A DNA stretch of 63,245 nucleotides, the filler included, from Thraustochytrium aureum (lineage: Eukaryota), in assembly GCA_012862495.1 (NCBI GenBank). It is 6 parts of 4 records of this genome, joined end to end, with 100 filler letters (N's around TTAATTAATTAA, not from the genome) between each part and the next. Parts side by side here need not be neighbours in the genome. Positions count along the whole stretch, not along the records: positions 54,255 to 62,094 come from BLSG01000167.1; positions 62,195 to 63,245 come from BLSG01000179.1; 4 more parts are not named here. The stretch is one strand, 5' to 3'. The position numbers and the translations under genes are program-made. Shown here piece after piece: positions 55,933-63,245 of this stretch. The first letter of the stretch is position 1, and every line of letters begins with the position of its first letter. Below the pieces are notes generated by a model, which did not search any database, was not told the origin of the DNA, and saw nothing but the letters and a program-made list of their open reading frames with translations.

Positions 55933-57289
55933 TTACTGCTGTTGAAAGCCGACCTTCTCCAGCCGCGTACGGTGCGCGTTTGAGATTTCCATGAGACTCT
56001 GCTGGAACCGTTCGTTTTGTTGGTACTTGAGCACCGCCGCGTGCAGGATGTCCTCAGTCAGGCTGTGCCTCTCGTGGACTTCCTTGCGCAGCACGCCGAC
56101 GCCCTCGAGGTAGCGGTTCTGGAGCTCGACCTTAAACTCGTGGCTTTCAGGGGAGAGGCCCTTGCCCTGGAGCTCCTCGTGGATCTCCTCCACAGCGATG
56201 TTGATGCCCTCCATGATCTGCGTGCGGTGCAAACGTGTGGGCGAGTCGGGGTTAGTCTTGTCACTTGCACTCTAGAGAGGAAGCGGAAGCGGGAGCGGGT
56301 TCTGGCGTGGACGGGCGCACGCGGCGAGCTTGAGCAAGGCGGGGACGGCCTCTGCGAAATGTTATGAGCCGATCATACCTTCCGGGAACAGGAAAAGCCC
56401 GGTCGGTCCACTTGGCCTAAGAGTTATGTACCGCTTGTAATTATGTTGCAGCGTATGGCCCTCGCAGCGAGCTGCGAGGGACGCTGCTCATACTCAACAA
56501 GCGGCGTTTCGGGCCATTCGGGGCCCCACAGTCCAGGGTCAGAATTGCAGAATTACGGCTCGTCACACATGCCGCGCGGGTAATCAGCCCAATGCGGCGT
56601 CGGAAAGAACGCAGCGTAAAGTTTTCTCCTCATTCCCGCTGTGTCGGCATCGCATCCCGTCCCAAAGGCGCGAGACTCGCGGGGCGAAGCACGGTGCAAG
56701 AAAGCCAGAAACACCCGCAACCGAGCGAGCGAGCGAGCGGAGCGCAAACTCAACAACCTACCTCAGACATGACCTGGAGGGTCTTCTCCATGGTAATGTG
56801 GTCCGGAACCTCGGGGAGCTCGTCCTGCGGCTGGCCAGTGACCGCCTTGAAGAGCGTCTTCAGTTTCGTGAGCGTCTTCTTAAAGTCTTCGTCGTCCTGG
56901 TAGAACTGGGTCGCTGCGCGGACCTCCTCCTCCGACGTCTGGTGCTCCATGTACACAGTCTTCTCCACCTCGCCCATAGCCTGGCGGAACTGCACCATCA
57001 AGTACTGCTCCATCTCGGCGTTGGTGATCTGCTTGCCACGCTGTGCGGCGGTCTGGCGCACCTTTTGCTCGTGGTCGGCCAGGTTCATCACGACGACCTG
57101 CATCATAGCGGTGATGCGCTCAAAGATCTTGATGATCTTGGTTTTGTCGATCTTCGGCTGCTTGGCACTGTCCTTGCCGCTGGCTGCTTTGCTGGGCACT
57201 GGCGCGGGCCTGCTCAGCACGTACAGCACGCCCGCGACGACCACGGCCGCCCCGGCCGCAATGCCCGCCACAATCATCTTGCTCGACAT
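55933..57289 (-). CDS. Hypothetical N-terminally anchored helical protein; snoRNA host gene with a 544-nt intron
   Basis: Exons 57289-56762 and 56217-55933 join in frame (VMSE|IMEG); GTAGGT donor, GACTAAC branch, CAG acceptor. Confidence 0.8.
56357..56505 (-). ncRNA. Probable box H/ACA snoRNA (intronic)
   Basis: Hairpin CCGCTTGT..GCAGCGT..CCCTCGCAGC/GCTGCGAGGG..ACGCTGC..ACAAGCGG, H box ACATAA, second hairpin, then ACA followed by TTT. Confidence 0.7.
56536..56637 (-). ncRNA. Box C/D snoRNA with two guides to 5.8S rRNA (SNORD96-like and snoR9-like targets)
   Basis: GGG/CCC terminal stem, C box ATGAGGA, guide CGCTGCGTTCTT before D' CCGA, C' GTGACGA, guide AATTCTGCAATT before D CTGA; both guides complementary to conserved 5.8S sequence. 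Confidence 0.88.
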
Positions 57290-58624
57290 CTTGCTCGTCT
57301 CCCGCCTCGGACTCCTCACGGGCCGGCCCCGACGCGCCTCAAACAGGCAGGCAGGCAGGCAGGCAGGCCGCCTTGTCGCGAGTACGGCCTCGGCCTCNNN
57401 NNNNNNNNNNNNNNNNNNNNNNNNNNNNNNNNNNNNNNNNNNNNNNNNNNNNNNNNNNNNNNNNNNNNNNNNNNNNNNNNNNNNNNNNNNNNNNNNNNNN
57501 NNNNNNNNNNNNNNNNNNNNNNNNNNNNNNNNNNNNNNNNNNNNNNNNNNNNNNNNNNNNNNNNNNNNNNNNNNNNNNNNNNNNNNNNNNNNNNNNNNNN
57601 NNNNNNNNNNNNNNNNNNNNNNNNNNNNNNNNNNNNNNNNNNNNNNNNNNNNNNNNNNNNNNNNNNNNNNNNNNNNNNNNNNNNNNNNNNNNNNNNNNNN
57701 NNNNNNNNNNNNNNNNNNNNNNNNNNNNNNNNNNNNNNNNNNNNNNNNNNNNNNNNNNNNNNNNNNNNNNNNNNNNNNNNNNNNNNNNNNNNNNNNNNNN
57801 NNNNNNNNNNNNNNNNNNNNNNNNNNNNNNNNNNNNNNNNNNCCGTCTGCGAGAAGCGATCTGCGCGTCTCTGGCCGCGGAATGTGTCTGTCGGTCGGTG
57901 GCCTGGTGCTGGCTGGTCCATCCATCACGATACCTAGCTCAAACGCCGCATCAGCCTGTGCGTCTCTCTGTCCACCCCACGCCGCGAACCATCGATCCTT
58001 TGTCCCTTGAAATCCAGTATCGGGTCAATACTAGAATAGGATGGAGGTTGGGGCCAAGACCCGGATTTCAATACTGTACACCGCTCTTGACCGCATTATC
58101 CAATAGTCCCCCGTATGAGCGGGCCAGCGGGACTATTGAATGTCAATATGAAATGCATTACTGCTGCATAGTATTGAATGTCAAGACCGCAAGCTTCGGT
58201 GCAGTCTACGAGTATTGTATGTCAATACAAGCCAATACAGATACGGAATCGTAGCGGCACAGCGACGATGGCACGTGAAGACGGCCGCCGCCGCAGCGCC
58301 GCCGCCGCCGCCGCCGCCGCCGCTGGGTGCACAGCGCGTGCAGTAGCAGCAGCTTGCAGCTGCTACAGCTGCAGCTGCGCCGCCGCTGGCGATCGAGCGA
58401 GCGAGCGAGCGAGCAGCGTTGGCGGCGAGCGCTCGAGCGCTCCACTTGCTCGACAGCCCACACCGGATCTGGTGCGGCAGCGCAATGGAGAGATAGAAAG
58501 TGTAGCTGCACAGGACTTGGTGCTCGCTCGGCTTTGATCGATCGTGCGGCAGGGCAGAGCCGGCGACGGACGACGTGTTGTTGCCGCAGTGCCGCAAGTG
58601 TGACGCCCAATTGTTGCAAGAGCA

Positions 58625-58660
<36 letters not shown>

Positions 58661-58694
58661 GCGGCGACAGGAAGGAGGAAGGGAGGGAGGAGGG

Positions 58695-59438
58695 ATGCTT
58701 GCATCGGTTGCTCGCAGCGGCCTCGCTGGACGCGTCGCGCGTGCGCAGGGCTTGCGCGCCATGTCGACGGTCAAGGAGGGGACCCAGACGGGGCACAAGG
58801 ACGTGACGACCAACATCAAGGCCTCGCACAATGAGAACGTGGTGTGGAGCGACGCGCTGCTGAGCAAGGAGGAGCGCGCCAAGTTTCTCGGCGCGAAGAA
58901 CGTCGGCGCCACGCTCTGGGTGACCGGGCTCAGCGGGTCGGGCAAGTCTACCGTCGGCGCCGCGCTCGAACACAAGCTGCTCGAGATGGGCATCCACGCC
59001 TATCGCCTGGACGGCGACAACATCCGCTTTGGGCTCAACAAGGGGCTCGGCTTTAGCGCCACCGACCGCGAGGAGAACCTGCGCCGCATCGGCGAGGTGG
59101 CCGCGCTCTTCAGCGACGCCGGCGTGATTGCCATCACGTCCTTCATCAGCCCGTACAAGCGCTCCCGCGACGCCGCGCGCGAGATCCACGACCGCGCTGG
59201 CATGCCCTTCTTCGAGGTCTACGCCGACGTGCCGCTCGAAGTCGCCGAGTCGCGCGACCCCAAAGGCCTCTACAAGAAGGCTCGCGCTGGCGAGCTCAAG
59301 GGCTTTACCGGGATCGATGACCCGTATGAGGCCCCGGAGAAACCCGACCTGGTTTTGCCCACGCACCAGCTCAGCGTGGAGGACAGCGTCAAGAAGACCA
59401 TTGAGTTCTTGATCGAGAAGAAGATCATCCAGGCGTAA
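58695..59438 (+). CDS. cysC: Adenylyl-sulfate (APS) kinase with a putative mitochondrial presequence
   Basis: TLWVTGLSGSGKST, YRLDGDNIRFGLN, DREENLRRIGEV, RDPKGLYKKARAG, FTGIDDPYE. Confidence 0.96.
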   Translation: MLASVARSGLAGRVARAQGLRAMSTVKEGTQTGHKDVTTNIKASHNENVVWSDALLSKEERAKFLGAKNVGATLWVTGLSGSGKSTVGAALEHKLLEMGIHAYRLDGDNIRFGLNKGLGFSATDREENLRRIGEVAALFSDAGVIAITSFISPYKRSRDAAREIHDRAGMPFFEVYADVPLEVAESRDPKGLYKKARAGELKGFTGIDDPYEAPEKPDLVLPTHQLSVEDSVKKTIEFLIEKKIIQA

Positions 59439-59715
59439 GCGCCTGCAAGCCCGGCCCGGCCCGGCCCGGCCCGCTTGCCTCCTCCGAATGAGGGCAGCTA
59501 GCTAGAGGGCCCTCCGCCATGGCCTGAGGGACGTGTCGTGTAGCCGCAGAGGAGCGCGCCCCGCCGCCCGCGTCCTGTGCGGCGGGCGTCCCACCTATTC
59601 CTGCTTTCGCCTGATCGTGCCACGGACTTGAAACACGAGCTGCGCGTTGAGACGCCAGTCGGTCGCGCTTCGTAATGCAAATACCGTGTTTCTCTTTTCT
59701 GAGCTACCATCTACT

Positions 59716-61672
59716 CTAGAGTACCCGAGTTCCGGTAGTCTGTCTGTCCACCACCGNNNNNNNNNNNNNNNNNNNNNNNNNNNNNNNNNNNNNNNNNNNN
59801 NNNNNNNNNNNNNNNNNNNNNNNNNNNNNNNNNNNNNNNNNNNNNNNNNNNNNNNNNNNNNNNNNNNNNNNNNNNNNNNNNNNNNNNNNNNNNNNNNNNN
59901 NNNNNNNNNNNNNNNNNNNNNNNNNNNNNNNNNNNNNNNNNNNNNNNNNNNNNNNNNNNNNNNNNNNNNNNNNNNNNNNNNNNNNNNNNNNNNNNNNNNN
60001 NNNNNNNNNNNNNNNNNNNNNNNNNNNNNNNNNNNNNNNNNNNNNNNNNNNNGGCGGCGGCGGCAGGCCCGCCAACTGCGGCGGAAGGCCTTGCGGCACA
60101 CCGTCTCTGTTCTGCAGGGGCGGCACGGCAGGCCCGGCTGGCGCCGGACCCGGGCCGCCGACGGCCTCTCTGGGCGAGTGCGCAGGCGGCACGATCGGGC
60201 CCGGAGTGCTTGCGGCAACTGCTGGCGGGGGCGCCGAGGGCTTGCGGGCCACCTTCTCCCCGAGCTCCTCCATGAACGAGTTAAAGTCGTTGTCCAGTGT
60301 CTCTTGCGCCCTGTCCCTGTCGCCCTTGTCCTTGTCCGCATTCTTGCGCGGGCAGTCGCTCGTCGGGTGCGAGCCATCGCCGCAAATTGCGCAGCGAATG
60401 TTGGAGCGGCGAAAGTTGCGATCGGCCTCGATCTTGGGGCACTCAAAGTGCCTGTGCCCGGCTGTGCCACAGTTGGTGCAATACTTTTCCTCGCGCAAGG
60501 TCCCCGTGATGAGCGCCAGCTCTCGCAGCTGGTTTTGCTTGTGCATGTTGAGCGAGTCGTCGAGGGGCCGCAAGAGCTCTTCCACCATTTTGACCGCCTT
60601 GTCCACCGACTCGATGTCGTTACCCTGAATAACAACGTGCAGGTCGTCGTCCAAGTCTTCGCGTTGCCGCGCGTTCCGGGGCCCGCGGCCTTCCTTGATC
60701 GAGCCCTTGCCGCGAATCGCGACGCTGGCCCCCGACTCGGCCTCCAGGCGCTTTTGTGTCATGCCGCGCGGCCCAATGATCAGCCCAATAAAGTTGTAGT
60801 TGGGATAGTCCTTGACCGGGACGTACACCTTGCGCTTGATAGGGCCTCGACCCCTTGGAGCGGGCCCGCCGCGGTTGCTGACTGGCGCGCCACCGCGGGG
60901 CGCGGGCGGGTGCAGCCTGTCGTGCTCGTCGTGGAGGCGACGAAGCTCCATCTCGATTTTCGTCCGAAGGCGAATCTCGCGCGTGTTGGTGCGCTTCCCG
61001 TTCGAGTCGTACGTCGGCGGCGGCGGAGGGCGAGCGGTTTGGGTCGCGCTCGGCTTCGCGAGCCTCGCGCGCGACATTGCGGAGCCGCTCGCGCGCCTCG
61101 TCGATCTTGAGCCGCACGAGCATCGTTTGCTTGTCTTTGTCGCTCAGCGCTGCGAGGCCCCCGCTCGGAGCCGCAGGAGCCCCCCATCGGCTACTCCGGC
61201 TCCCCGTCTCAGACTCTTGCGCGCCCCACCTCGACCGTTTACGAGCTCGCCGCCCGTCTGCGGAGGCGTCGCCTTCGTCGTCGCGTCGAGATGACTTTGA
61301 GTATTGCGTGTCGGGGCGCCCGGACTCGTTGCGCTGCTCTTCTGCATGGCGCGGCTTCTCCTCCTCAGCAGAACTATGTTTCTGATTCTGATGTTGTCGC
61401 TCTGTGGCGGGCCCAGACGTCGAGCGCTCCTCGTTGGTGCTCGCTGTCGTTGCCCGCGTAAAGGCCTTGTGGACGGCCCGAAAGTGTTGCCAGCTCCCCA
61501 AGAGCCTCGCAATCATCGGAAACTCCCCGCAGCCCTTGCGCAGTTCATCGTCTTGCGGCAGCCCGTTGTACCACGCCTTGATCTGCACAAACACGTGCGC
61601 GGCGAGCGCGTCGAGCTCGGCCTGCCGCTCCCTGCGGCTCTGCTCGTCCAACGCCTCCTCTTCGCCGCCCAT
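59716..61672 (-). CDS. SF1: Splicing factor 1 / branchpoint-bridging protein; frameshift near 61026; ends uncertain
   Basis: RKRSRW, RSPSPPPTYD, KH-QUA2 KVYVPVKDYPNYNFIGLIIGPRG, KQNQLRELA, two CCHC knuckles. Confidence 0.93.
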
Positions 61673-62138
61673 CACGACCGCCCGAGCCAACTCCGCCAGC
61701 CGCTCTCCTGCCGCTCCGCGCGCTCCAAACTCCAGGCCGCCGCCGCCACGCAACACAGCGCGCCGACGCCTTGTCCACCAAGGTCCACGTCCCACGCTCG
61801 CAGCCCCGCCCAGCGCCGCCACCACCAATCCACAGCAGCAGCGGCAGCGGCAGCAGCAGCAGACCGCCGGCGCTTCCGAGCAAGCCTCACACGCTGCCAC
61901 GGCGCTGGCGCCCGGCCGAGCAGCGTGCTGTGCAGGCGCCGCAGTCGCGCGCGCGTCGGCGTTGAGGGTCTGCTCTTGGGCCACCAACACCAACACCACC
62001 AACACCACCAACGAACACACCACCAACGCAACAGATCCCCAACGCAGCAGCACCAGCACCAGCACCAGCACCAGCAACACCAGCAGCACCAGCANNNNNN
62101 NNNNNNNNNNNNNNNNNNNNNNNNNNNNNNNNNNNNNN

Positions 62139-62150
62139 TTAATTAATTAA
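62139..62150. other. Artificial scaffold linker
   Basis: TTAATTAATTAA within N runs. Confidence 0.97.
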
Positions 62151-62194
62151 NNNNNNNNNNNNNNNNNNNNNNNNNNNNNNNNNNNNNNNNNNNN

Positions 62195-63245
62195 GCCATG
62201 ACAGGACGGTGATGGTCTGGGACGCCAACAGCGGCCAGAAGCTCCAGCTTCTCGAAGGTCACACGACTTGGGTACTCTCTGTCGCGCTCTCTGGAAACGG
62301 CGAACACATTGCATCCGGCAGTGTTGACGATGTGCGGGTTTGGGACGCCACAACCGGCAAGGAAATCCAGCGCCTCAATGGCCACGCCTCTTTTGTCATG
62401 GCCGTGGCCCTCTCGCATAACGGCGATCGCATCGTTTCGGGGAGCTACGACCGCACCTTGCGGGTCTGGGACGCCAGGACTGGGCAGGAGATCCAGCGCC
62501 TCGAGGGACACAGCCATAGGGTAAGTGCCGTGGCCATCTCGCCTGATGGGAACCGCGTCATTTCGGGTAGCTGGGACAACACCGTGCGGGTTTGGGACGC
62601 CAGGACCGGGCAGGAGCTCCGGCGTCTTGAGGGACACACGTCGAGGGTCAACTCCGTGGCCATCTCGCGCGATGGAGACCGCATTGTTTCGGGGAGCGGT
62701 GACGACGACGTACACGGCGACAAAACCATACGGGTCTGGAACCCAAGGACCGGGCAGGAGCTCCGGCGATACGAGGGACACACCAATGAAGTCAAAGCCG
62801 TGGCCCTCTCGCGCGACGGGGAATGTATCGTGTCCGGTAGCTACGACGAAACCGTGCGGGTCTGGGAAGCGAACTCCTGTCAGGACCTTCATCGCCTAGA
62901 AGGGCACACTGATACCGTGAACGCCGTCGCCCTTTCTCGCGACCATCAGCGGATCGTGTCCGGCAGTAGCGATATGACTGTGCGAGTCTGGAACACGAAG
63001 ACGGGGCAAGAGCTCCAGCGGCTCGATGGACACGCTTGGCGGGTCTCGGCCGTTGCCCTCTCAGACAATGGCGATCGCATCGTTTCGGGGAGCTACGACC
63101 GCACCTTGCGGGTCTGGGACGCAAAGACCGGTCAGGAGGTTCGGCGGCTCGATGGACACACCGGTCCAGTCAATGCCGTGGCCCTCTCTGGCGATGGGGA
63201 GCGCATAGTGTCCTTCAGCGGCCACTTTGGCGACAGTGTGGTGCG
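62195..63245 (+). CDS. Internal fragment of a protein with highly similar tandem WD40 repeats (HET-E/NWD-like); missed by the ORF track
   Basis: Open frame with about 8 units of L.GH...V.AVA.S.DG.RIVSGS.D.T.RVWD..TGQE. Confidence 0.92.

Noticed and set aside
5850..61030. Programmed frameshifting or widespread pseudogenes (cyclin, RCC1, NLR, TTL, SF1)
   Set aside because: Mostly single-base indels in short G/C runs, including in the essential gene SF1; best explained by sequencing error
15417..62150. Recurrent TTAATTAATTAA palindromes as piggyBac sites or a biological repeat
   Set aside because: Always centred in fixed-length N runs; a standard six-frame-stop concatenation linker
62143..62892. 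Repetitive minus-strand ORF (PDPHG.V.A.R repeats)
   Set aside because: Antisense shadow of the plus-strand WD40 repeats

Overview
GC-rich eukaryotic (protist, plausibly thraustochytrid/labyrinthulomycete-like; inferred from gene content and intron style) draft assembly. Six scaffolds are concatenated by artificial N-TTAATTAATTAA-N linkers (1-15372, 15473-21317, 21418-26053, 26154-54154, 54255-62094, 62195-63245), so adjacency across linkers is not biological. Housekeeping genes: acetyl-CoA carboxylase, IscA, P-type cyclin, RCC1-repeat protein, PurM, two oxidoreductases, TTL-family ligase, NAD kinase, P450, HPP protein, HSD17B10-like SDR, 3R-MYB, formin, APS kinase and SF1/BBP. The most interesting content, largely invisible in the ORF track: (1) an LRR gene built from at least 11 tandem exon+intron cassettes (84-nt phase-2 exons, one LRR each, homologous introns), suited to exon shuffling; (2) a compact scaffold without evident introns carrying a probable mirusvirus-type triplex capsid gene and a putative pore-forming-domain/IFI44-like GTPase fusion; (3) TIR-NACHT-WD40, HET-E-like WD40 and Crinkler-type NTPase-nuclease genes; (4) an intronic pair of snoRNAs, including a dual-guide C/D snoRNA for 5.8S rRNA; (5) a lipid-anchored HEPN protein, a Bacteroidetes-type PurM with introns, and a probably mitochondrial APS kinase. 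Many single-base frameshifts in short homopolymers look like sequencing errors. All family assignments come from motif recognition by eye, not from database searches.
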